NCBI GenBank assembly: GCA_905178155.1
Contig: CAJINV010000003.1
Span: 5,795,985-5,859,984, forward strand
Direction: 5' to 3'
Origin: Amoebophrya sp. A120
Taxonomy: Eukaryota > Protista > Dinoflagellata
Length of the DNA stretch: 64,000 nucleotides
A program made the position numbers and the translations under genes. Under the pieces are notes generated by a model. The model saw nothing but the letters and a program-made list of their open reading frames with translations. It made no database searches and was not told the origin of the DNA. Of this stretch, positions 17,989 through 30,223 are shown piece after piece; within the stretch, counting starts at the first letter, position 1, and every line of letters starts with the position of its first letter.

Positions 17989-20111
17989 AGATCAAAAACA
18001 CATCAGCCGCTGCGTTTTTTATTGCAAGAGAAGTTGCAAGAAAATTCGAATGTAGTTTTTCTACGAAGCACTCAACTTTTCCCTTCTCGTCTATTACAAA
18101 TAGCAGCAGAAAAACAAAAATCAAGCCTCGCTGGTGGGTGTAAAAAGATAGAATCACATGTTTTCAGACCTTTACAACGGATTGCTCTTGTATGTTGAAA
18201 ATGCTCTATAAAAATGTATTGCTGTCAGGCAACTCAAACTCTCGTCCCGTGATTTCGTACGTACGATTTGCAGCAAGCAGTCGTTTTTGTCGAAGAAAAT
18301 AAAGGTTTCAATTTGACGAGTTGAGTTAGTATCAATAAGTACCCGTCGTAAAAAACAGAACTACAGACCGACGATGCTGCGCCTCGGCCTGCGCTTGATC
18401 GTTGTCCGCTAGTGGGTCAGAATTACTAACTCAATAAAAGTAGGTAGTCTGTCATGTTGATAAAGTTGATGATTTGCGTGTCAGAACAGCAGTGAGCATG
18501 AGTTTCCGTTTTGAAGACTAGAGGTGTGGCTGCTTTCACATTTATTGTGGAGGCAATCTGCTTCGATAAGCGTGTCTCCATCATGCTTGGTGCCAGCGTT
18601 GTCGTGTCTGTTGGTTAGTTGCGCGATGCAGCGGCCAATTGCTTGCTCTATGACAGCACTGGTATCAGGCCCTTTTTGTTGTTTTGAGTTTTGTTGTTTT
18701 GGCACGATTGAGTTTTCACTTTGTTTCCGTTTCGTTTCGAAGGTTAAATGGATGAGATTTGAAGCACGAAATAAAAATATATCGGATGAAGATGTAGTAG
18801 TAGAGACTGCGTAGTAGTGCTCCGGAACGACCTTATTTTGCAGAATTTTTGTTGACTACAGAAATTTCTGCATTCCCGAAAACACCGGTCTGCTACATGG
18901 AAAGACTGAACGAGTATGTAGAAATCGTATCTCAAACGTAACCCTAATGATAGCTAGGTAAATGTGCAACTGTGTGTAGAGGCTCCAGAACAAATGGATG
19001 GAGCGTTGTTGAGAACTAGAACTTTTATTTATCTCAGATTTCCAAATACTTCCAACCACGAGAGAGATTCCCTGCTGGTTATGCCGCAGAAGTTAGGAGG
19101 TGTAAACTGATTTATGTTTTTCCCCGCTGTAGACGGGATAGATACACTTCGTTTACGTCTTATTGTGGAAGAAGACAGTTTACTTCTGCCGTTCGGCTGA
19201 AGGCCATTCCCTAATTGGCCGTTTAGTGTGTACTAGTACTACTGTCTGTCTACAAAATGCCAACCTCTGGGTTGCATTTTCGTGCATCCGCGGCCGGTTC
19301 GTTGCATGCGACGAGAACTCGAATTAGAATTTTTGTGTGATAGTCAGTCTTCGCAGCGCGATAACACCTTCTTCAAGCTCTTTAGCTGATGTTTGATGTT
19401 GTCCTGTCGGTTGACAACTTCCACTCCCGCCCTCTCACTGTAATTTTCTTGAGCTTGTCGCTGTTTGGATGATTTCGATTTGACAGCAAGATATTTTCTC
19501 CAGTCTGTTGTATTTGTACAAACAAACTTCTTGCAATGGCGATCGCCAACCAGTATGTGCCTTGGCACCTCATCCAGGTTGAGTGTGCATGCTCGTCCTC
19601 GAATTGCAACCTGTTCTGTAGTTGTGCGCGATCAGATAGTCCAGCGATCTAGCGACCTGCTTGATGCCCTTTGTCGCACATGGTCCAATCAGAAAAAATA
19701 GTGAAACTAGAGAGAGAGAGGGGTAGGAACCGCAATCCACCCTGGGCACGGGTGCCACGATCTGATCAAAAGGAGATTGCCATATTCGGTGTGATGGCCA
19801 GCCGAAATAGAGCTGGTGGTCGTCAATTTGCCTCAGTAATTTTATCTAGTTTATTACTGTCCCAGGGCATTATACGCATAGCGCTCATAGTTTTTTGTAG
19901 ATTCGTTCATGAATTTTTCAAAAGAGAGCGATAGTTTGTTTCACGATGGGAGCACGAGAGCAAGATTTTGCTATTATTTTTCCACATCATTACACGATCT
20001 GCATGGCGGTCCAGTACTAACTAGTAGAAGCTCCGGATCAACAGAGAGTCTACTGCGACGAGAAAGAAATACAAATACCGTAAACGGCGTTTGTTCTTCT
20101 ACCGAGCAAGG

Positions 20112-23100
20112 ATGCAACCTGGACCGAAGCGGGTAGTACGCAATCCGTTAACAAGTGTCGGAAATGATGCCGTCCAAGCGACCACGCGCCCGGCTGCGGC
20201 GAATCCGTTGTTCGCGGCACCTGACCCGCTTGGGGCAGTGCCGCCCAACCCCCTCGCTGGCGGCGGCGGTGGGAGTGCCAGCTCAACGAGACCGGCGCCC
20301 TCTCCTCTTGCGCGGGCGCAGCAACAACCAAACCCGCTCGCCCCACAGCAGCAGCAGCAGCAGGTAGCGAACGCCGCTATGCAGCAGGAGGCCCAGCGAC
20401 GGCAGCAGCTGATGGCGCAGCAGCAGGAACAGCAGCGACGACAGCAGCAGATGCAGCAGGAACAGCAGCAGCGTCAGCACCAGGAGGAGCTGCAGCGGCG
20501 GCAGCAACAGGAACAGTATCAGCGCCAGCAACTGCTAGAACAGCAGCAAAAACTTCAGCGACAGCAAGAGGAGCTGCAACAGCAGCGGCTCGAGCCGCCA
20601 CCAAGAACTACAACAACAGGAGGCCCCGGGGGACGAAGCAGCGCCAACGACAGTCCCCTCGCCAGCCCACCACCGCAGCGCAGTCCGCAACCGCAGGACC
20701 ACTCAACGCAGCAGCTGAAGCCCCAACCTCCACCACCCAACATACCACCTATGCAAGAGGGAGGCCGAGGTGCTCGCGGTACTACCGCTGGCTCGGTCGA
20801 TCGGGTACTTAAAATATTGTTTTGTTCTTGGTGCCGTACCTGCACTGTTGTTTCTCCAACTCTATACAACTTGAGGACATATTATGCCTGAGGTATTCTT
20901 CTTGTTTTCAAACTCAAATCCTCATCTTACGGGGCTCGCTGTACTTGTGGTACCACTTCTAGGCCTGCATCATGAAGAGGAGTTTTCGTGTCACGTCGTG
21001 ATCGTGGTGAAAATGCAAGAAGATTCTTCATCTTTCAACTACAGGTTCGAGCTCTGGTAAACAGCGTGATCAGCGCCAGCATTGTGCGAGCGGAGACGAA
21101 AAGCGGGCTGCTGCAGTCGCATACGACGTACGTGATCAAAGTGAATGACTTCGGACGGGAATACGAGGTGGAGCGGCGATTCACAGACTTTGAAACCCTT
21201 CACTCTGACTTGTCTCGCATCTGCGGCACAGACGCATTGCCGCGCATGCCCGAGCGCGGTTGGGGCACCAGCACGGACCCGAACACCGTGGAGGAACGGA
21301 AGCCCAAGCTGAACGTGTTGCTGCAAGCTTGCCTCGCGAACAAGGAGGCACTGTTTGAGAAGAGCAACATCCTTTGGAACTTCCTGGATCTGACCCTGCC
21401 CAGTATCTTCTGTACGCGCGCCATCCTCCACGGCTTTAACTTTTGCTCGAACAATCTGATCGGCGACCTTCGTAGCAGCGTGGACCAGCACACGACCAGC
21501 AACAGCACGCAGGGCGAGGGGGACGGGCAGCGCAGCAGCAAGGAGGCGACTCCGCACCAGCCGCGGGGGACCACCAGCACCAGTGCTGACAACGCGTCCA
21601 CTAGGAACATCAAGGTGGTGTCGAAAGATTTGGTGTTTTTCTTCGCGCAACTTCACAAACTCGCTGCGGACGCGAAGTACGAGACGGAGCGCTACCGCCT
21701 GGAACACGCGACGATGTTTAAAATCGTGCTGGGCTTGCTCGAAGAGGTTGAGCCGGGCGAGCAGGGAAGCGTCGCCGCGGAACCCGACCGCCCACCGGTG
21801 TCGCCCAAACCGGCCGCCGAAGATCTGGGCGGCGAACAGCAATTTGTGCGCGCCGAGCGGGGCGAGGGGGGCGGTGCCGGCGCCGGTAGCGGCGGCGCGG
21901 CCGGAAGTAGCAGTTTTTTTTCCTCGGGCGGCGCAACCAGCAGCACTGGTGCAGCTGGTGCCAGTACTAGCACCGGCACGACAAGCAAGCACGGGTCCGA
22001 CCAGGTGATTGCGGCCTGTGCGGAGATCCTAGGCCACACGTTGCGCAAGTCCGAGGCCAGTCGCACACTCTTCCTCAAAGACAAAGGGATCGAGAAGCTC
22101 TTCCGCGTTATTCGAAAGGAAAAGATCCTGAACCTACGCGTCAAGCGCGTCTTCTCCTCGCTTCTCAGTTGCGTCGGCGGGGACACGCTCGGAGAAGCCC
22201 TCGCGTCGGCCTTGGTCAGCGACCCCGCCGCCGACGCCAAGCCAGGAGCGAGGACCAAGCCGAAGCTCCTAGAGGTGCTCACCGACCTGGCTGATAGCAG
22301 TCGGGATGCCAGTTTCCACGACTTTTTGTCCAAGATGCTCTGGTTTGTGTGGGACTGCGAAAGCGTGCAAAACTTCTTCGTCGACCAAGGTCTCTTCTTG
22401 CTCTCCCGCCTATTCGTGGTAATATGCTCAAGCAATATTTTTTTATTTTTGCAGCGTGATGTAACTCTAAGACTAAGTCTAACTGAAACTAAGTCATGAA
22501 TGAGAATGCCATGGGAGGTTAAAACCACGAGAACGACCTTGTCCTTGCATGCAAGCAAGACCGAACTACAGCAACGCTGAGTCACGAGTCTTCCGTTTGA
22601 AACTTTGAATTTCCATTAGCAAATGCCTCAAAAAATTAATTTAGGTGAACAGTGTGATCACGCGACTCTACACCGCCCTGATGTTCGGCGTCATGCTGAC
22701 CAACCATTTACTGGACGAGCGCAAGCGCACGCGCGTCGAAGAGGGCTTGTGTCAGCTCATGCACGAGCTGGAGCCGTTGGCGTTTATGGGTCAGTTGCGG
22801 GCGGCACAACAGTCCGCAGGGGACGTCGACCCCCACGAGCAGGCACTAGCCAACGGCGCCAGCGCAAATGGGCTCGCGAACGGAGATCATTCGCAGGCTA
22901 CGATGATCACCGGACTGCTTAACAAATACGTGCCTGGAGCAGCGGCGGGAGACGCCGACGGGCGACGCGACAGTACCTCCACCGAAGCTTCGGGTGTTGT
23001 GGTAGGGAACAGTGCGGCTTCGTCCTCCACCATGGATCCAGGCCTCCGTGCCTTCCACAGCGAGCTTATGCAAATCGGGAACTTGCAGTCTTCTCTGATC

Positions 23101-25038
23101 AAAATACACAGCTGTCTTGCCGACACAGGGAATGTTGTCGCCGCCAAGCTTGCGCTTTATGTCCTCCGCGAGGCCCGCCTTCGCCCGGAATACCTTTGCA
23201 GGTATATCTTCTTTAGAGTCAACTTTATTAATTTTATGTAGCGGCTATTTCTCGCTTCCAAATCTTGTTCGGTATTGGTTGCGAGTTCTACTGTCAGTGA
23301 AGAATCATCAGTCGGACGTTATACGGAAAACCAAGACTTTTGTGCCTTCCATTCACACAGGTTTTTCCCCGCCTTGCGCCCCTGGGTAGTGCACGAAATT
23401 GCGGGACACCCGGAGGCTCAGTGCGTAGCCGCCGACATTCTGCTCGAAATGACACTCCAGCCTGCAAGTCACTACGCCGATAAAGCGGTCGGGGGAGGCG
23501 AGGGCGCCGGAGAAGAGTCCATGATTCCTTGGTACGAATGATTTCTTGTATACTGTCCCTGCTCTAAGACGCGGATTCAACACGGACACTGCTTGGTTTT
23601 GAATCGCGGAAGAGAAAAAGAATACTAGCCCGCCGACATTTTTGAATTGACCGCCTAACGCTCCTAACTATGACACTCCTTGTACGCAGGTACTTTCAAG
23701 ATGGCGAGCTGGAAACAGCACTGCACAAAGCACTGATGCGCAAAGTGGAGTTTGAGAGCGGCATGTTGCGTCAGCACCTCGAACAGGCCGCGCAGATGAT
23801 GAACGCGCAACTGGAGTTCAGCGCACAGCGGATGCTGATCCAGCCCCCACGAAGCCTGGTCTTGCACTTTGAGAAGAGCCGTCAGGCCACCAGTCCGCAC
23901 CTGGGCGGGGAGCAGAGTTTTTTCGCGCCATTGGAGCAGCAGATGGCCGACTATGAGCGCAGCCGCGCGCATTTGAAGGCGGCCTCCGAAGCGGCGGTGC
24001 GCGCCAAGGGCGGCGTCACCAGTACCACCGAGCAGGTCAGCGGGGGCAAGCTCGCGAAGATGGTGCCGAAGCTGCCCCTCGGCATGACGGAGAGCATGCA
24101 GCAACTCGGAAAGATGTGCGAAAGTAGCCAAAGCCAGTTCTTCGAGGCGAGCCAGCGGAGCGAGGAGCTCGCTCGCCTCGAGGCCGCAGCGAAGACCGCG
24201 GACGAAGAAGTGAAAGAGGCTGAGATGCAGGTTGGAAAATTGCAGGGCGAGCGTTCGACCCAGCAAATGCAGTTGCAGGAAAAGAAACTGCAGCTTTCAA
24301 AGCTCCAGCACCAGCTCTGGGAGGCGAAGATGCAGGGGGGCAACCAGGGCGAAATCGAGGGCCACGCCGCCAATCTGCAGAAGGAGATCGCCTCCTTGGA
24401 GGAGCGCGACGCTGCCGGCGAGGGCGCGCGCGTCAGCGCAGAGGGGCAGGTACTGGTGGAGCTTTTCTTTGCAACGAACTGTCTTTTTGTTTCTCATATA
24501 CAGAAGAACTGAAGTCGGCGTTTGTTTCCTTAGGTTTTGTATTCAACAGAGATGAAAAATCATGATGAGAAGTGAAGAAGCCCAACCTTCATTTGTAGTC
24601 ATACAAGGCAGTGTTCTTAGCTAGAAGTGCAGTGAACCAGCATCAATGTCTACATCACATGAGGCTCGCGCGGCGACCGAGAAGCGGGCTCAGCTACTGG
24701 AACAGCTCCTGCACCAGCGGGAAGCCTGCCGAACGGGGAACGTTACGCAGCTCCGGGACTCCCTGTTGCAGCAGAAAAACAAGCTGGTGGGTCCGTTTCG
24801 CAAGTTTCATCGCGAATGGGAAGCAGTTAGCCAGGAGCTGCTTCGTGCGCACGCTACGCAGGCCCAGTTTCACCAGAAGTTGCGCGATCTGGCAAGGGCG
24901 CTGCAGGGCGAGCAGCGAGAGCGCGCCGCGCTCGGTACCGCCTTGGCTCGCACGCGCGACGAGCTAAGCCACTTCGAACAAGCACTCCTAGTAAACGACC
25001 ACGGCCTCGAAGAGGTCACAACCAGTCTACTGTATTGA
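20112..25038 (+). CDS. PX (phox) domain protein with a Gln-rich N-terminus, helical middle region and coiled-coil C-terminus (sorting-nexin-like)
   Basis: PX signature HTTYVIKV...YEVERRFTDFETLHSDL...LPRMPER...VEERKPKLNVLLQ...LWNFL. GT-AG exons 20112-20804, 21045-22418, 22645-23201, 23361-23531, 23690-24449 and ~24625-25038. Confidence 0.82.
20346..20590 (+). repeat. CAG-rich coding low-complexity tract (poly-Q/QE/QR)
   Basis: Runs of CAG/CAA codons encoding QQQQQQ...QQQEQQRRQQQMQQEQQQRQHQEELQ in exon 1 of the PX gene. Confidence 0.8.
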
Positions 25039-25693
25039 TACGGCTACCCAGCGCCAGCACGTTGTTGACGCGACTGCAATCGCAAGATGAAGAGACTACA
25101 TTGCCGAGCAAAAGTCACAGACTTTCAAAGAAAAAAGTTTGGAGGGATGATTCTCCTCGGCGTTGGAACTCGCATATCATTTTCACTTGCAGTCGCAGCG
25201 CATTTTCAAAGACCAGTTTGTTTTCATCAGCGACCAGCATCAGCGACCAGCGACAACATATGAATCGAAGTTCGAATCCAATAAAAAGACGCAATTAGAG
25301 CGACCCATTGACAGGAATTGGTCGGGTCGCTGACCACGTGATAACTTGAAGTTTTCCTTTACAAGCAACTGCGCGCATTGTTCGGAGCGCTGACGCATCC
25401 GTCGTAGGCGCAACCAGGGAAGTTCAACTACCTGTTGTGCCTGTCATCTGAGAGAGACTAGGAGAACGACGCATAGTGACTGCACAGTCAGCAGATAAGC
25501 TGAGAAAGCTGCTCCCGTTTTTGTCTTTTCTGCGTTGTTGATTTTTCTGTTTCTCTATTCGGAGCGTCAGCGTTAGTAATTCATCCGTGTTTTGCTGTTT
25601 CAGGAGGCAAATTGGGTATATTTCATTCTTTATCTTTCCTGTCGTTTCCGTCGTTTGGTTATGGTTTGCGCAAACGAAGTTTAGAGCAAGCGA

Positions 25694-28600
25694 ATGGCAC
25701 TGTCGGCGGCCGGATCGTCGTCCGGCGCCGCCGTGGCCTCCGAGCATGCTAATGGGTCAGGCATGGGTGAGACGGAGGCGGACCGATTTGATGTGGACGC
25801 AGAATTGCGGGAGGTGGGAGGTTTCTCCAGGTTTCAGAAGCGATCCTTGGCCGCCATGGGCTGTGTGTGGATGTTGGGGGCTGCGGAGGTGTGTCAGCAC
25901 CCATTGACTGTGCTCGAGCCACGGTACGTGGACTGCCTGCAAAATTGTCACCTCCGAAGCGGCTGGGTAGCTCAACGGCCTAGCGGGGATGTCGGTGGGC
26001 GCGACCTAGCAACTACGAGTGCGGAGGAGCCTAAACATGTTCATTCGCTCATGGAATTAATTAACAGGAGCAGTAGTGTACTCACGTGTCCGCGCGGCTG
26101 CTACATACGATCACAACTTCTAAAATTTCGTTTGGAAATGATACACCAAAAGGGTCTGAGCAGAGCTGTCCCATCGGCAGGCGCCGGGGCGGTTTTATGC
26201 AAACATGTGCCGGGTACATTTTTTGTCGCAGGCCGACCGACCTGTTTGCGTGCCCGAGCACCGACGTCAGGAGTTTTCATTCAATATAGATACGATTTCG
26301 AAAAAAATAAGTGAAACACGAGGAAGCGGGACTGCGATGCCGAGGGCGGCGTCCTGAGATGCGGTAAGCCCTCATCTCAGTTTCAAACTGTGGTCTGGGG
26401 GATAAGCCCCGCGCGTAGACGTTTCAATTTGAATTTTCTTTGTTTCGCTCATCGTTTGCTCCCTCTTGCCCTCTGCGTGGGCTCTTTCTTTTCATACCTG
26501 CAAAGGAGCGTATTTGTCAGTTGTGATCAAGCGGATAAGAGACAGTAGCAGGGCGTTGGCACGGACACGCGATGCGTTTACCGTTGATAGCGAGATCCGA
26601 CAAAGAACTCGACGGCACCGGGACCGGCCCCAAACGGTGGCAAAGCAGGCACTAATTCAACGACATCATCGGCTTCTACATCCGGAAGTAATTCCGTCAG
26701 TACTACACCAGGGACGGCACCAGCATCTCCGGGCATGGCCACACCCGGAGCAACCACCCCACGGCCAGCGCATCCTGCGTCCGTGCATGCGGGCTTGCAA
26801 GCATTCAGTTCCACTACCACAGTCGCGCCACTGCTGCCGCAAACGAGCGTTTTGTCCGCCGGTCCGCAGAGAATCTATTTTTCGCAAATTCCGTGCCATG
26901 GCAAGAGTGTGTGGGCTAAAGACGTGGAGGAGCGACGAAGGGCGCTGTCTCCCACCGATGTTGCTGGCGAGTTCACTTCTCGTCGCATCGAACAGGAAAT
27001 AAACCAGGAACAGCAGCTTGTGTACGAGTTCGTGGCCCCAGGAAAATCGCTGATTACCAGTTTCAATCTGGTTTGCGAACGCCGGCACTACGTGGAGACC
27101 ACGGGGTTCGCGTACTTTTTCGGTTTACTCCTGGCACTGGTGGCAATTCCGCGCATCGCAGACGGGCTGGGGCGCAGGCCTGCCTTGTATGGCAGCTTAG
27201 TATTACATCAGGTACAGGAACAGGATCAGGACATAGCAATGTATGATTTGTTATATTTCGTCTCTTTTAATACAGAACACATAGGATAGAAATTGCCTGA
27301 TTCTCGGCGGTTTCGATACGACACACAAACTACACAAGGCGGAACAGATACGCATTTTCCCAACCTCAAAATGAAAGCTCGCCGCCACCGGGATATGTTT
27401 TGTGACGGAGGTGGACAGTTACACGTTTTCGCGGTGCCTCCTTGGGTTTGCCAATGGTGGGATGGGCATGATTGCGTGGCTGCTGCTCACGGAATTGGTG
27501 CCGATTGAGTTTCGGCGAATGCAAGTGCTCCAGATGAACGGGCTGTTCGCCGTAGGTGCGATTTTGGTGTCCCTTCTGATGATGGTGTTTGCGACGGACT
27601 GGCGGTCGGTCACGATCGTCATCTGCCTCATGAGCTGGTTCTCGCTGTTGCTGCCCAAAGTGCCGGTGCTGGAGAGTCCGCGGTGGTATTTCGCCCAGAA
27701 CCGCATCGAGGAGTGCAAAACGGTGCTGATCCGGATCGCGCAGATCAACGGGCGCAAGGACTACAATCCCTATCACCCGCGCACCAAAATCGACTACGCG
27801 CTCCCGATGGTTGACGAAGAGATTTTCAGCATTGAGGCCTCCGTATCCCACAGAAAAAGGAAGGCAGGGCATGAATACTTATCTCAATTATGCAAAAGTA
27901 AAAACACAGTCACAGAAAAGGCTGCAGTGCGTATCTTGAGCAGCATGCGATGACGAGCTCGCCCAGGACTGATTTTGGTGATGGTTAAATAATGTGAACA
28001 TAAACATGCCTGCTTATTTCTTTCTCATACTCCGACGAGGAGCCGGAGAGTGCGGCGTCCTCGGTCGGCGCGGGAGACCACCAGCTGGACCACCAGAACG
28101 GTGGCGCCACTTCTATGCCCGCCGGAAAGTACACACCGCCCACACGTGCGACGCCAAGCGACACAGTCGTTGGTATTCCGGTTCACGACCAAGGGCGGAA
28201 TCCGGATTTTGTCGTCGCGCAGGGAACTGCGAGGGCCCTTTCGGAGAAAGAGCACGCCGCGATGCCGTCCGCTGGTATAAAGAAGTTATACATGATCATC
28301 AATTCATATGCTTTTCTTGAAGTTGATTCTATGGAATATCCACTTTTGACCTTCGAGGTGTCTTCTTTGTAACTTTTCTTTCCGTTTGCCCATATAAATA
28401 TGATTTCAATATCCCGCCTGATTTCAGTGACTATAATCAATGCGAGTAAATAAAACGCCTGCACGGCAGGCCCATTCCCGACTGGAGTCCGGGCACGTTT
28501 GAAGGACGAGCTTTCCGGGGGCGCGGCGCCCGGCTCGAGCCCCGGCACGCCTGGAAAAAAGAAAAAGGCCCCGCCCGCGCTTTGGTGCCATCACAAGCTG

Positions 28601-29437
28601 CGTCCGTGGATCGCGGCCCTTTCGTTCTCGTGGTTTGCGGTCCAGATTGGGTACTGGGGCATCGCGTTCGACGTGGAGAACCTCTCCGTGTCGCGGGAGG
28701 AGCGGCACACGGTGCACGCGTCGCGGCCGCACCCGGAAAACAACGCCATCGTGAACCAGGATGAGAATCGGTACACTTACAGCGAGAAGGACGTGTACTG
28801 GACCGCGATCCAGGCCTACCTGGTCGAGTTCCCCGCCATCCTGGTAGCGGCCTACGCGCCGGACGCGCGGTGGTTCGGCCGGCGCGGCGTCTCCTACTGC
28901 TCCTTGGTGGGGGGCGGGGTCGCGGTGCTGGTCGGTTGCTTTTGCCAGGCGTTTCTCGGGAGCAGCACGCTGGCGCTGTACGGCGCGTTGCTGGGCCGGT
29001 TTTTCGCCACGGTCGCGTTTTGCGTTTTGTACACGTTCGGCACCGAGGTGTTTCCCACGGAGGTCCGGGGGCGCGCGCTCGGATGGCAGAGCCTCGCCGC
29101 CCGGTTCGGCGGACTGCTCATTCCCTACCTCGTGGCCCTGGACCGGCTCTGGTTCGCCGGGGCCACCATGCTCATGCTCGGCTTCCCGCTGATCGCCGCC
29201 GGGTTTGCCGTGCGGAAGTACTGCCCGGAAACCCTCGGCGAGCGGATGACCGACACCGTGGAGGAGCTGGAGCAAAGACACGCGGATCCAGGGAAGTCGC
29301 CGCGGAGAAGCCCCAGCTCGCAGTACCACATTGGCAGCAACGTGGACACGGACGCCGCACACCGGGGGGAGACGGGCGGCAGCGTTATGGGGCGTCCCGC
29401 GTCGCTCAATTTTGGGGAGGAGGAGGACGAAGAATGA
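25694..29437 (+). CDS. MFS transporter, SLC22/organic cation transporter-like
   Basis: FDVDAELREVGGFSRFQKR; SLITSFNLVCER; IADGLGRRP; LTELVP; LESPRW; FGRRG; TEVFPTEVRGRALG; PETLG. These are SLC22/sugar-porter motifs. Several GT-AG introns plus one TIR intron. One junction near 26105-26145 is unresolved. Confidence 0.9.
27844..28029. mobile_element. Introner, 186 bp, degenerate TIR, perfect TSD CTCCG
   Basis: CTCCG at 27839-27843 and 28030-28034. Ends TATCCCACAGAAAAAGGAAGGCAGGGCATG ... CATGCCTGCTTATTTCTTTCTCATA. Removal gives IEAS|DEEPES. A GT donor is possible but there is no AG. Confidence 0.85.
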
Positions 29438-30223
29438 CAGAGTTCCTCTCCATCGCAGGAGAGCCGCGCTTAGGTGGACTTTGTCCTGACTGTCGCTATC
29501 TAATAAAGAAGGACTTGATCATGATCATCGTCCAACGAATTGGTACAGCGTTTTTGACCTCGAAAGAAAAGAAAGTTCTCAAATACTACGATCATGAAAG
29601 AGAGGACTACACGTGTTCGACTTGAAGTTCGAAATCATGCTCATGTTTGTCCCAAATCGCAGCCGCTAAGTAAAAAGATGAAGCGGGAATACAATTTTTT
29701 TCGTACGAAATAAATCCGCATCATTTTTCAAAGAGAACAGAGGAAGCGTCGATCTAGTTTTGTTTTAAGGAAATGTCTATGAATGTGGAAGGCAATTTTT
29801 TTTCAAGATCCTTGACTGCTGCAAACGCTCTTCAAATCACGCCTCATACGCTTGCCCAGAAAACGTTTCTCCTTCTGTTCAATTGACAGCACTACAGTGA
29901 AGTCAGAAAAATGATTCCGCTTTACATGAACCAGCAAAATAAGTATAAGAAAAAATATAAATAGCTGATTCGGATTATAGCGGGAGATCTTATTTTGCTT
30001 TTCTCGGTCTCCAGCATTCCGCGATCTCATACTTCCCAGTAGCACCGGCACCTGCTCGAAGCTTACCGTATCACCGCAACACCCTTCATGTAAGCTTATC
30101 TGGCTTGGAAAATAAACTACTGAATTAGATTCTGTTTCACATCATTTTCATTTCTGTTTCTGCCAATTTCGAGCGGCGACAGCTCGATAGTAATTTGTCT
30201 GGAGAGCAGGTTTGAATTGAAAA

